Both the position numbers and the translations under genes were made by a program. A stretch of DNA of 64,000 bases from Octopus sinensis (Eukaryota), in NCBI RefSeq assembly GCF_006345805.1, contig NC_043014.1, positions 29,760,001-29,824,000 on the forward strand, read 5' to 3'. Each line of letters begins with the position of its first letter. Position 1 is the stretch's first letter. The notes under the pieces are model-generated. The model saw only the letters and a list, made by a program, of their open reading frames with translations, was not told the DNA's origin and searched no databases. Shown here one piece after another: positions 25,051 to 37,917 of the stretch.

Positions 25051-25450
25051 GTACAATGCTTGCATGAGTTGGATGCAGCTTATCGAGGCAGATTTTCTAT
25101 GGCTAGATTCCCTTGTCACCCCTCACTTGTTTTCAAACAGGGTAATATTTTCTCATGGCCAGGCATATTTTTGCAGAATATTGGAAATGAATGAAACTGC
25201 TTGTATGATAGTGAGTCATTTACAACTTTAAGGCAATATGAAAAAAGTTAGGAGATACAAACAGACACACATGCATATACAATGGGCTTCTTTCAGTTTC
25301 CATCTACCAAATCCACTTACAAAGTTTTAATTGGTCTGAGACTATAATAGATGACACCTATCCAAAGTGCCATATAGTAGGACTGAACCCAGAACCATGC
25401 GTTTGAGAAGCAAACATACACACACACATGCCTGTGTCTATATATAATAT

Positions 25451-25494
<44 letters not shown>

Positions 25495-26144
25495 AGTAGA
25501 TTACATCTACCCAAAGTGTCATGCAGTAGGACTGAATCCAGAATCATGTGTTTGGGAAGAAAACCTACCACACACCCATGCCTGGTCCTCTGTGTGTGTG
25601 TGCACGCGCATACACATACAAAACTACATATACATGCTTATACCCCCAAATATACCGATGTGTGTATATATGCTCACCATCATTTCTACTTCTACTTTCC
25701 CATGCTTGTATAGATCAGATGAAAGTTATGTTGGGGTAAGATTTTCTGCAGTTGCATACCCTTCCTGTGACCAATCATCTTGTTTCCAAAAGAGGTTGTA
25801 ATCTCTAAGTGTGTTGAATAGCAAACAGCCTGGACATGTATTTTATCTAAGAAATGGAAACAAATGGTACCATATGAAAGAGTTTTTTGTTTACAAATTT
25901 CGTATAAGGATGTCCAGACAGCCTTTCAACTCTCTCACACTAACACATGCATATAGTTAATGTTTATTTTTATGCTAAGATTTGTGTATATATATATATA
26001 TATATTTTTTATTTTATTATATTATATATATATATATTTTATTTTATTATATTATATATATATATATATTTTATTTTATATATATATATATATATAATAT
26101 ATATATATATACACACACACACACATATATATATATTTACTCTT

Positions 26145-26505
26145 TTTTTTTACTTGTTTCAGTCATTTGACTGCAACCATGCTGGAGCACCGCCTTTAAT
26201 CGAGCAACTCGACCCCAGGACTTATTCTTTCGGTACTTATTCTATCGGTCTCTTTTGCCGAACCGCTAAGTAACGGGGACATAAACACAGCAGCATCGGT
26301 TGTCAAGCAATGCTAGGGGGACAAACACAGACACACAAACACACACACATACATATATACGACGGGCTTCTTTCAGTTTCCATCTACCAAATCCACTCAC
26401 AAGGCTTTGGTCGGCCCGAGGCTATAGTAGAAGACACTTGCCCAAGGTGCCACGCAGAACCATGTGGTTGGTAAACAAGCTACTTACCACACAGCCACTC
26501 CTGCA

Positions 26506-26508
<3 letters not shown>
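26145..26508 (-). mobile_element. tRNA-derived OR-type SINE, near full length
   Basis: Reverse complement of the 105-477 element, including head, core and tail. Confidence 0.85.
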
Positions 26509-26537
<29 letters not shown>

Positions 26538-26633
26538 CGGGAAGCTTTATGAAAATAAACAAAAGACGAAGGCAGGTGGAATATAAACAAACAATTGTAT
26601 TAGTATGGCGCTCAGGAGTATAAATAAAACAAG

Positions 26634-26671
26634 TCTTTTACGTTTCGAGCCTACGCTCTTCAACAGAAAGA
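26634..26671 (-). ncRNA. Minimal type-I hammerhead ribozyme motif (Penelope/retrozyme type) with an A6U core substitution
   Basis: Minus strand 5'-UCUUU CUGUUGA A GAGC GUAG GCUC GAAAC GUA AAAGA-3'. It has a perfect 5-bp stem I, a 4-bp stem II with a tetraloop, GAAA, palindromic ACGU stem III and a GUA cleavage triplet. Confidence 0.7.
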
Positions 26672-28084
26672 TACACAGAAAAGAAACAAGGAGAGAAAAA
26701 AAATGTGTGCAGAGGCTAGCGAATCAACATGGTATATATATAAATAACATTAAACTGAAAGATTAAGTACTTTTAGTAAGAGACAGGTTTATTAATCTTT
26801 TACAAGGAAAGTTTAACAGTAACTCTGTGGTTTAATAAATATATATTTATGTGTGTGTAGGTGTATGTATAGATAAATGACATATAACGTGTGTGTGTAT
26901 ATATATATAGATAGATCCTGTAAATAATAGTAATAATTATAAACTTAGGGTTTATAAGTGTTCATGATGTACTGGCTAAACAAACAAATCTAATATTGGG
27001 GCATATAAGCCCTCAATAGAAAGTACTAATACCAACTTTTTTTTTCCATTGAAGTCATATTCCCCAATATTAGACTATTTTCTTTAGCCAATTCACAGTG
27101 AATACTTATAGGCTTTAAGCTTATAATTATTATTATTTACAGAATTTTTACTTGTCACCTTTTCTTCATTTAACACAGAATACATACATACATGTATGTA
27201 TGTGTATAGAAATAGATGTATATATAAAGTCATCATCATTTAGCATCCATTGTCCATGCTGGCATGGGTCACATTCATGTGTGTGTATATACATATGTAT
27301 GTATACACACACATACATTGATATACTTATACCATAAAAAAATGATGACCTTTGAATGAAAAGGTCGTAGGTAATAAATTCATTAACATAACATATATTG
27401 CATATATTTGAAATAGATTTGTATGTTAAGAACAATTGAATTTTAATTAAAATTATTTCAAGGGTTGGATCCAAAGAAAATTAATTATGATGAACAATTT
27501 ATATAAATTGTTTTCATATTCTTTTGAGGTTAAAATGATAAAAAAATTTGTTATTAATTATTAAATTATTTCTTCATCTACTATTTTGTGAAATAACTGG
27601 AGGACCTGTACCATTAAAAATGACTGTGATTCATACGTATATTAACAGTTATATTCATGACAGATGTCAAGGATGGTAGAAAAAGTTTCTTGCTTGCAGA
27701 TTAGTTACTTTGGTTCATATGTGAATGATATTGTCTGCAAAATCCCTTGAAAATTTTCATCCCTAAAATGAGTTGAAGTCATGGTCATCTACCACTGGAC
27801 TATGTAATAGGAAATTATGTAAACTATAAATATATGAATAATTTAGCAGGACAGAAAGGATTATTTTTTCATTGTGGGACAGGGAAGAAATAAAAATATT
27901 TAAAAATTTGGGATTTTTCTGGCGTTAGATATTACCCTATACTTTTTATGTTTCAGTATGTATTTGATTGAGAGGTGCATGTGTGTGAATATGGATGCAT
28001 ATGTTACTCTGTGTTTGCGTGTGTGAATATGTATGCATATGTTACTGTCTGTTTTAGTATGCATATGTAGAGCGAATGTAGTTT

Positions 28085-29075
28085 ATTTTTTTCATATTTT
28101 TTCCATCCAAATGATTTTGAAGACTGTGGAATAAATGATAATCTGGTGGGGCAATGTCCGGCAAATGTTCAGCCTTTGGAATGTCAGCCTCACTGTATGT
28201 GGCCGAGAATTATCCTGTTGGAAAAACACCTTTTGTCTTGAAATCAAAGGTGGTAATTTTTCTTCTAGCACTGACAAGCTACTCACAGTAGATCTCCTTT
28301 GTTATTATTTGGTTTGGGTTTAAAAGTTCAAAGTGGACTAACACTTTTATATCCTACCAAAGAGATAACAACACCATATGTAGATGAAAACCTTCTTTAG
28401 CCTAAGTTGCCGGTGTTTCTCCTTTCCCTACCCATTGTTTTTGGCACTTGACATTTTTATAGAGAACCCATTTCTCATCACCAGTCACTATTCGGTCCAA
28501 AAAGGTTCATTCATGAGATGTAACAGCAAAGAAGAACACACATTCACTCTCTGCATGTGATTAGACTCAAAAAGTTAGTGAGGGACCGTTTGACCCAATT
28601 TGCTGACTTTTCCCATGACATGCAGGTGTTGATGAATGGTTGAATGACCAAATCCAAGCTTCTCTGCTAGTTCCTCAACAGTTATGATGGGATTTTGTTC
28701 CAGCAGGGTTTGCAGGATATACTCGTGAAGCTCTACAGATCTTCCAGGATGAGGCTTGTCTTTTAGCTGTAGTTTCCAGCTCAGAATTTCTGGAACCATC
28801 GTTGACACTGGTTTATGCTTATTGTCTGATCCCCATATCAATATTCCTTGCACTTTCCATTATGTTGTTGCTTTTATTGAACTCATAAAGCAAAATATGC
28901 CAAATGTGCTCCTTTGTCACTTCCATTATTGATTTGAAAAATAACTGTTATTGTCAAACTGCACTCTTCAAAACTTGCACTAAGAATAAGTAGAATGTAC
29001 AAATTGATACAGGTAGTTTATCCCGTCTCCCTCCGCAATAGAAAAAAAATGCATTATTTATGAGATGACCCAATA
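28085..29075 (-). mobile_element. Mariner transposon relic
   Basis: HTH region LKDKPHPGRSVEL...GKVSKLGQTVPH (WVPH-like), catalytic QQDNSRPH and SPDIAPPDYHLF (YSPDLAPSDYHLF-like). A TIR-like TATTGGGTCATCTCATAAATAATGC lies at ~29050-29075 (reverse complement). Confidence 0.85.
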
Positions 29076-29329
29076 TTATCAAGATATTGTTTTCCAGCCA
29101 GATGCTATTCCTGTTGGTAACCCATACTTATATATTATAGATGAGATATCTTATTCCACAAGTGATTGAAGGCACAAATCCAGCAGATGACTCATTGCTG
29201 CATAATGCTCAGAGAATTGCAAATGTAAACACAAAACACACACGCTCATACATAGACATACAACAAGCTTCTTTGAATTTCTGTCTACCAAATATGTTGT
29301 GTGTGTTGTGTATGTAGGTCTCTTCTGTT

Positions 29330-30660
29330 TTTATTCATTTAAATTCTTCCTCTAAAGAAGGAATTCTAACAAAGGTACAAAGCTCCATATTTGGAATGTA
29401 GATAATGAAAATAGTCTCACATTTTAAACCTGAGAAAAGTCTTACATACTTTTACCATTCTGCTTACAGATTGTATTTGTAATGTGCGAATCAGTTGGTT
29501 GATTTCCTTTTTCTGAAAATCCAATCTTATCCAAACTGATAGTTAGGCATTTACTTACAAAACCAAGTACTCCAATTATTATTGATGTAAATGTAAATTT
29601 GTAATCCAGATATAGAAGCTAGAGGTTTCAAAGAAGTCGTCCATAGTTATCTTCTTTTTCTTAGATTTTCAAAGTGATATTCACATCTGCAGGACAGCTG
29701 ACATCTATGATAGTACATACTTTTTCTTGTCTGTCCCAAACAACAATATCTGGCCTGTTATGCTTACACTTCACAGATGTTTTTGATGAGAATGTTCCAC
29801 CAGTATTCCTTGTGTATGTATTCAGTAACAGTGAGATTCTCTATATTTATTCCCGGACAGTCTTTTTTTCTGAAAGGCATTGTTGTATATTATTTTTGCT
29901 GCATCATGTCACATAGGGAGGTAGCATCTCGATGACATTTTTGGGCAGCTGTTAATCACATGTGTGATGTCTTCTGCAGAAATATGACATAATTTACATT
30001 TACATTTGCTTCTTGGAACTCCAAGGGCTTCACTGTCTCTTTTGTTCATTAGGTATTTAGTAACAATCTCCTGTTCTAGGATTGTAAATGCATAGTCTTC
30101 AAAGTATGATGTGATGTAGCAGTCATGAGTCCAAGAGAGGCTTTGCTTTATGTCAATATTACTATCTTCTTTGAGTCTACAAGAAATCTACCCATGCATT
30201 GTCTTTTTCTGGTATGTTGAGCGTTTCACCTCCAAGTCTTCCTTGAGGTATGCTTGTCTGGCTGATTTGAGATTGTATGGGAGGTCATCAGGAAAAGAAT
30301 ACTTCCTGAGGAGCTCACTTCCAACACACAGGATATAGTTTTCTTCTGTTTCCACCACTGTTAATGTATTTATTTCTACTGTTGTTGTCTAGCAAGTGCT
30401 GTCTGAGAGAGACTATGCGACATTCAAAGGCTGTCTGCACTCATCTCAAGCCTCTACCTCATTTATCTCTTCTTAGGTAGAGCCTGTCAATATCACTATT
30501 TTTGTAGAGACTTCCAGTTGGTGTTAGAATCTTGTGGGTTTTAATGTCTATGGAGTGGATTTCTTCTACAGACCAGTCAAGTATTCCAAATGTTGGAATC
30601 AGCACTGATACTGCAAATGCATTCTGGGATATTGTCTTGTAAAAGGAAACTTTGGCCTAC
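29330..30660 (-). mobile_element. R4/Dong-like non-LTR retrotransposon relic with restriction-like endonuclease
   Basis: Frameshifted minus translation: AVSVLIPTFGILDWSVEEIHSIDIKTHKILT, KTMHG..EQEIVTKYL, HNRPDIVVWDRQEKVCTIIDVSCPADVNI..EKEDNY. This is the PD..D/E..K restriction-like endonuclease signature. Confidence 0.75.
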
Positions 30661-31864
30661 CGTTTTTTTTTTTTTTTTTTGTATGTATGTAGATAGATAA
30701 GTTGATTGATTGATCAACAAACAGATAGGCATGAAGTAACAATCACCATCATCACTTAATCTCCATTTTCCATGTTGGCATTAGTTGGACAGATTGACAG
30801 GATCCATTGAGCCACAATGCTGTATCATTGACCATCTAGTAGTCTGTTACTTTTGGCAAGCTTAAATATACTACATGTATGCATATCTGTCAATAGCTTA
30901 AGTTTCCAGTGGCATTTACTTTTAACAACAAATGTGAGACAATATTATGCTGAGAAGCTAAGCATTCCCAAAATAGCCCACATTTGTTTACATTAAAAAC
31001 TAAATTTGTTAGAATTTACCTCTTTTTATAATTGTGATGGAAATTTTGACCCAGTCTGAATGTCAACATTTGCTGACACCCCCATTATGCAAATACTGCG
31101 GCAATTAAACCATTCTTTGAACTTTTCATGGGAAACAAGAAATGTTTGAGTGACTTCCTCAGTTTCTTGTTTCAACTTTTTAAATAAATTTATCTTGTTT
31201 TGCTGGATAGTATATTGGGAAAATGGTGAGTGATGCTATGGCATAGCATCTACCCAAACACTTGTTCTGTATTTTCCATGGTTTTACTGAGTATGCCTGT
31301 AGTTTACAAGTATTGTGTTCTCTTGAATTTTGCAAGGCAATTTTTGTTTTGTCAGACTTATTAATTCATTATAGTTTTTAAAATTGACAATGCTAGTCTT
31401 GATATGTTCATAACATTTTTCCTTGTTACTGCTATACTTTTTTTTTTGGCAGATGGGAGGTGTCTAATGATATAGCATGTACTTATGTGACGTAATAGGA
31501 TAACAAGAATACTTGAAACCACTTTATTTTAAAAAGCAAAAGTGATATGATGTTTCTTGAGCAAACCCTACAGAACACAAAACTGAGTGTGTGACTGATT
31601 GCTTATTGTGTGTGCGTGTGTGCATGTGCACTAAGAAAGCAAAAAAGATATTTCCTAATAAGGAATTTTGAATTTAAAACAGGAAATTTTAAGGATGCAG
31701 CATAAAAGAATGTTGGTTTCCCCACACCTTGTTATTGGCCATTAAATTACTGTAATATTAAGCATCATTATAATGAGATTTTATTCATAAAGGTAGCAGA
31801 GAATGAGGTGTTGGTTTAGTTGTTAAAGGTGGTAATTATAATTGCTGCTAATAACAAATCTAGG

Positions 31865-32060
31865 AATCGTCATCGTCATTTAAGATCTGTTGTCCATGCT
31901 GGCATGGATTTGACAGTTTGACCAGAGCTGGGGAGCTGCACCAGACTCCTGTCTGATTTGGCATTATTTCTATGGCTGGATGCCCTTCCTAATGCCAACC
32001 ACTTTACAGTGTGCGCTGGGTGCTTTTATGTGGCACCACCAGAAGGACTGGTCTTAACAC
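31865..32060 (-). mobile_element. RTE 3'-tail-derived SINE-like fragment
   Basis: ATCGTCATCGTCATTTAA..CCATGCTGGCATGG..GGCTGGATGCCCTTCCTAATGCCAACCAC matches the tails at 11534 and 50453. Confidence 0.75.
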
Positions 32061-33110
32061 TTCTGCTGCGGAGAAATTGTTACTGTTTTGAATTTTAAAA
32101 TATTTTATTTCTCTCTCTCTCTCTTTTTTTAATTTTTTTTTTTATGATTTTAAAATACTGGTGTCAGTTTAACTCAAATGTCATTAAAATTGTGTTATAT
32201 CTATATTTAGATATATTCATTGAGAAACTATTCATATCTGCATTTTGATTTGTTCCCATAATACTGGGCAAATTGTTTAATGTAGACTGAATAGAATGTG
32301 ATACAGTATTATTATTATAAGGAGGAAGTTGTAAGCATAGGATGGATTTAGAGGGAGGTGTTATCTAGTCTATAAGTTCCTGTTACATATTTAAAATACA
32401 CAAAGAAAGATGTACATAAGTCTGAATTTACCAAATAGCTTTCCAAATTTCAAAGAAGGTCAAGTGGCTATGTATTTTTCTACACAAAAGAACTTATACT
32501 TACTGAACAATTTCACATTTCAATATACTGTAATTTTTCTATCAAAGAATATATATATAACTTTATATACTATGATTATACACTGGATTATCAATAACAA
32601 AACAATTTACTTTTCCATTAACATGGGCAGTTTTCTGCATTTCCTCATATTTATGCTTGCAGGTTTGCATTTATTCTAAAATTAGAAAACTTAACTTGTT
32701 ACTATTAACATGAATTTGGAACTAATCCAAGTGAATATCTCACTGGTTAATCATTATTTAATTAATCTCCTGCTTAGCAACTAAATAATTGCGTTAATTA
32801 AAAATTCTTTTATCATATAATTATTGTCTTAAAACATTTACGACAAAAAAAATTCCAAAGATTATTTTAAATTAAGGTAATATAGGTAACAAATGGTACT
32901 ATTTCTTGTTCATTTAACGAAACCTCTATTTTGGATTTGGATTAAAATTCTAAATTAATGGAAAATGTTGAGAATATGAGAATTTGCACTCTACAATCTT
33001 GCTATATGTTTACTGATGTTTTGATTTGATGGTTTGCAAGATATATAAAATCTGTTACATGAATATCAGTTCAAGCAAATAAGTATAGAATTTTTTTTTT
33101 TAATTTGCAG

Positions 33111-33138
33111 ATTGGGGTTTCCTAAACAAATCTATCAG
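33111..33138 (+). CDS. Candidate 28-nt internal exon of an unidentified host gene (LGFPKQIYQ or DWGFLNKSI frame)
   Basis: Very strong acceptor TTTTTTTTTTTAATTTGCAG| and donor CAG|GTAGGT in unique sequence. Two of three frames are open; the product is not recognised. Confidence 0.45.
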
Positions 33139-33994
33139 GTAGGTTCATCTTCTTTTGAATATTGCTTTTTATGCTAGACTTTAAAAAAAAAAAAGGGTTA
33201 ATATAAAGCTGCTATAGTTATTTGAATTGTTGAGTATGTGTGTGTGTACACATACATGTACAATATATATGTATATATGTGTATTGTATGATTCAATAAA
33301 ATATTGATTCATATTTATAATTTTTTTAAATGTATTATTGCTAGCATAAACAGAACGGAATGTTGGCTTTATTAAGTAATTTCCAAATTTAGAATAATGC
33401 CTATATAGTAAGAAGATGCTTCACTTATTTCAACATTCTGGTTGGTGAAACTACAGAATTTGAATTGAAGTGATGGAAACCTGTTATATAATTATTTTAT
33501 CCAAAAGGAAAGTGTCATAAAGGTGACATTAGCTGTTGACACTTAAAAATGCAGAAATGAACGCATTCTTTAGAAATATCTATTTTTATATAATAAATTG
33601 GAATTATTATGGAATGTGAACCTTCCATGTTTAAACATTTTTTTAAAATATAAATTTGCTTTTTGATTTCTGATAAATTTTTAACAGAAAATTACTTCTT
33701 CAGAATATAATCACCTATCTCTTCTTATGATTATGATAATTTTTGAGTTTTTAAAAAATAAGTTCCAAAAATGTAAGAATACAGAACTGTATGATTTCGT
33801 ATTGTTTCAAATTGTACACATTTAACAAAATGTACTGTTGCTTTTTCTTACCTTCATTTTTTTTCCCATAATAATTATTAGCATTTCAAAGCAATATGTT
33901 AATGATTTTGAAACCAGATTTTCATTTAGAAAAAGAAATTACATATCAAGCAATGTTTTGTTGCATATCTATTCATCTAATGTTTTGAACTATA

Positions 33995-34780
33995 CAAGGT
34001 GCCTTCAGAAAGTATCTGACTTTATTTTATCCTGACAAAACTAATGCCTTGTGGGCAAAATCCTTTAGGTACTTCCTGCACATGTGGGAAAATCTTCACA
34101 CTGGTAGGCTGCATCTGTTCCCAGCTGTTATGCCTAGGATACACATGTAGTGTGTGCTCATCAGATTTTTGTTTTCATGCAAGATGACCGAATGCATCAA
34201 GCAGAGACTATAAATCTCTGTCTCATCACCAGTAATGATGGTCTTTATGAAGTCTGAGTTATGGTTTGCACAGTCCAGCATGTTCTGAGTGATTTCCATG
34301 CAGAGTTGCTTCTGCTGCTCTGCTAGCACCTTGGAGATGAATTTCACTAACACTCTTTTTATGCACAAACCTTCTATGAAAATGGAATGTTCTGAACCTG
34401 TGCTTATTCCCACTTCATGAACAATTTCTTGGTGGATGGCCTGCCTGAGCATACCACACTCTCTGCTGAGGTGTGGCTGACTATGACATCATTGCCAGAG
34501 GCCTGCTGAATCTTCTGGATGGTTTGAGCTTGAGTATCACCAAGCTTTTGGCAAAACTTAATGCAATATCTCTGTGTGTTGCATTCAGTGAAAACAAAAA
34601 TCCAACAAGTGTGCACTGCACAACTGTACTCTAGACATAACAGCTGGGAACTTAAACAGCTTACCAGCACGAAAATTGTCATGCATTCACAGAAACAGTA
34701 GCGTCACCCGTCACATTTTGCCTCTGCATCATTAGCTTTGGTGAGGAAAATAAAGTCCGAGACTTTTTGAATGCACCTAA
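33995..34780 (-). mobile_element. Internally deleted mariner element with both TIRs and TA flanks
   Basis: Imperfect ~33-bp TIRs (AGGTGCCTTCAGAAAGTATCTGACTTTATTTT / AGGTGCATTCAAAAAGTCTCGGACTTTATTTT), TA at 33993-94 and 34781-82. Translations QRYCIKFCQKLG and IKTIITGDET (first catalytic D). Confidence 0.85.
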
Positions 34781-35994
34781 TATGATGCAACAAGATGTTT
34801 TAAGTGAACTTGAAGTTATTTCGTTAAAGAAAAATTAGAGAAATGTTTTACAACTGCATGTTCTGTTTCTGCCTGTTGATAATGCCTTTTTGTTTCTTGA
34901 TTAGCAGTAACTCAATGTTATTAAAATTAGTATTTGGTAGTTATTATTCTGAAATTGCCTTGAAATGGGGTTAATAAAACTATGAATATAAGGATAAAAG
35001 ACAAGGAAAAACATTTTCATTTTCAACATAAATTAATTTGAATTAGATTGAGTTTTGAAATGTGTGGTTTTGATATAATCTTTTACGGGGTGAAAAAAGA
35101 TGTTATTCACATATAAGTTGATCATTATTACTACTGAAAGAGACACTTGCCAGAAAGAGAGAGAAACAAAGAAAAAGGTTAGACAGAAAAGAAATTGTAC
35201 TGAACCCTGAATGGGAAGACATTGCCCTGTAGGCATTGTTTATTCTAGTATATATAAATATATTTCTTTTACTCTTTGAAACCTAATTATAAATGTTTAT
35301 ATACTTTTATAAAGGCAATTTATATATATAATATAATAAATGCAAAAACTAATTTCTGTCTGTCACACTTTGACCACCCCACTCGCTATTCTTTGACACT
35401 CCTACTATTGCTCATGTCGAGGTGAGAGTAATAGTAAGCATAGAGACGGTAGTATATTGACAGTTGTGATGGTAATAGGGTGATAGTAATAGTATGAGCT
35501 GTGGTTGTGATAGAGATGTTGGTGATGATGGTGGTGGTGGTAGTGGTAGCTGAAGCAGTTAGGAACAATGGTGATAGTAAGAGATGTGAAAGACTGTTGA
35601 TAGTGGTAGCAGGGAAGGCAGCGAAGTCGAAGGTATTGATGGTGGTGGCGTTAAAAGTCTGAATTGTGTGTGTATGGCAGTTGTGGTCACTATGGTGGTG
35701 GTGGGGATGGTGAAAACAATCAACAGAAAGAGAGAGGAACAAAGAAAAAGGTTAGACAGAAAAGAAATTGTACTGAACCCTGAATGGGAAGACAAAAAAT
35801 GTTGTTTATCATGCAGCTTTGCAATAAGTTACAAGTCAACAAATTATATCATTGTTTTCATAGAGATTGTTCATTGCTTGAAAAATATTTGTCAAGTTTA
35901 ATAAAATTTAGTATGTACTCAGTGCATGAAGTGTCATTGTTGTGACCAAGGGCCAATAAAGAGCCCTCCACAGGAGCAGGCTTAAAAGCCACCC

Positions 35995-36908
35995 GATATA
36001 AAACGATTATATTGCCAATCATCAGATCTAACATATATGAGCTTATTTTCCGGATCTTTTCAGGCTTGTTTTTTCAGATTTTTCCTACTTAACCAAACAA
36101 TTTGAAACTTCGTATACTGGTAGAATGTGTCAAAAGAAAACATAATTGTAAACCAGAATGAAAACGGAATTGTAATTTCAAAGTTTAACGTTGTTTAATA
36201 ATTAGAATTTTAACAATGGTATTCGGTCTTTCGGCTTCATATTATTTACTCCATCTCAATAGACGTAAACGGCTATTTTGCTGACGTATTTAACATACGT
36301 GAAATGTAAACACCCGGTTACCGTATTCCTCCAGTTTCTATTCACATTTTTTTTATATATTATTAACTAACTTATATATTATATAACTAACTTAGTTTTT
36401 GTAAATTTTCGTATATTTTTTGTGATTTTTATTCCTTACTTTATTCGTGTAACTTTGATTTCTGTAACTTTTTATCTTTGGCAATCTTTCGTATGTGTAT
36501 GTGTGTGTGTGTATGTATGTATGTATGGCCAATTCAGTGTTTACATTATTTCGAGTTAAAACGAAAGATTACCTTTGCTATGTAGAAAATAATGAGGTTG
36601 ACTCAATGGAAATGAAAAGATCCTATTTTCCTATTTACATCCTATATAAAGACATGACAAACTAAAATTATATAAGTAGATGTTGGTTGGAATAATTTTA
36701 CTTTAGTTAATAATGAACAGAAATGTGGAATAGAAGTAGGAAAAAGAAATGTTACTCCACATTTCTGTTCATTATTTACTAATAAAATTATTCCAACCAA
36801 CAACTAGTTATATAATTTTAGTTTGTCATATCTTTATATGGGATGTAAATAGCAAAATAAGTTCATATATGCTAGATCTGAAGATTGGCAATATAATCGT
36901 TTTAATAT
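35995..36908. mobile_element. Foldback/MITE-like element with ~150-bp inverted arms, left arm interrupted by a nested insertion
   Basis: 35995-36051 pairs with 36852-36908, and 36632-36732 pairs with ~36751-36852; the central loop is about 20 nt. Confidence 0.75.
36052..36623. mobile_element. Non-autonomous DNA transposon with 11-bp TIRs and 8-bp target-site duplication
   Basis: Starts GGATCTTTTCA and ends TGAAAAGATCC (perfect inverted), flanked by TATTTTCC at 36044-36051 and 36624-36631. Confidence 0.85.
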
Positions 36909-37147
36909 GGCATTGTATTTAGAGACATTCTGTTTCAGCAATATCAAGGAATATGTTGTCATGAGATGTGCGTAGTAAAGTATATTATTTGAAATAAGAA
37001 TTGAAGGTATTAATTTTGATAATTTGGAATAAGAATTGTAGGTATTAATTTTGTTAATTCTAATATTTAGTCCTATATGTACTTATTGTGGATAATGTCA
37101 TTCAATGAAGATTGAGTTGCTTGAGGGTGATTCTGTCTCTTAAACCT

Positions 37148-37251
37148 ATCTATCTATATATATGTATATAGTACAGTGAGTAATTCATTTTAGTACCCCT
37201 ATATGTAAATATATATATATATATTATATATATATGTGTGTATATATATAT

Positions 37252-37287
<36 letters not shown>

Positions 37288-37407
37288 ATATATATATGTA
37301 AATATATATATATATATATATATATGTGTGTATATATATATGTAAATATATATATATATGTGTGTGTATATATATATATATATATATTTACACACACACA
37401 CACATAC

Positions 37408-37450
<43 letters not shown>

Positions 37451-37596
37451 CATGTATATATATATATATATACATGTATATATATATATATACATATTTA
37501 TATTCATATATATATATATATATATACATACATATTTATATTCATATACATATATATATTATATATATATATATATACATACATATTTATATTCAT

Positions 37597-37629
<33 letters not shown>

Positions 37630-37738
37630 CATATTTATATTCATATATATACATACATATATATATATATATATACATATTTATATTCATATATATATAT
37701 GTGTGTATATATATATGTGTGTGTGTATGTATATATAT

Positions 37739-37773
<35 letters not shown>

Positions 37774-37838
37774 CATATTTATATTCATATATATATATGT
37801 GTGTATATATATATATATGTGTGTGTATGTATATATAT

Positions 37839-37869
<31 letters not shown>

Positions 37870-37886
37870 CACACATATATATACAC

Positions 37887-37916
<30 letters not shown>
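37148..37916. repeat. Compound (TA)n/(CA)n/(TG)n microsatellite array
   Basis: Direct inspection; source of the Y/I/H/T-rich ORFs. Confidence 0.95.
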
Positions 37917-37917
<1 letters not shown>

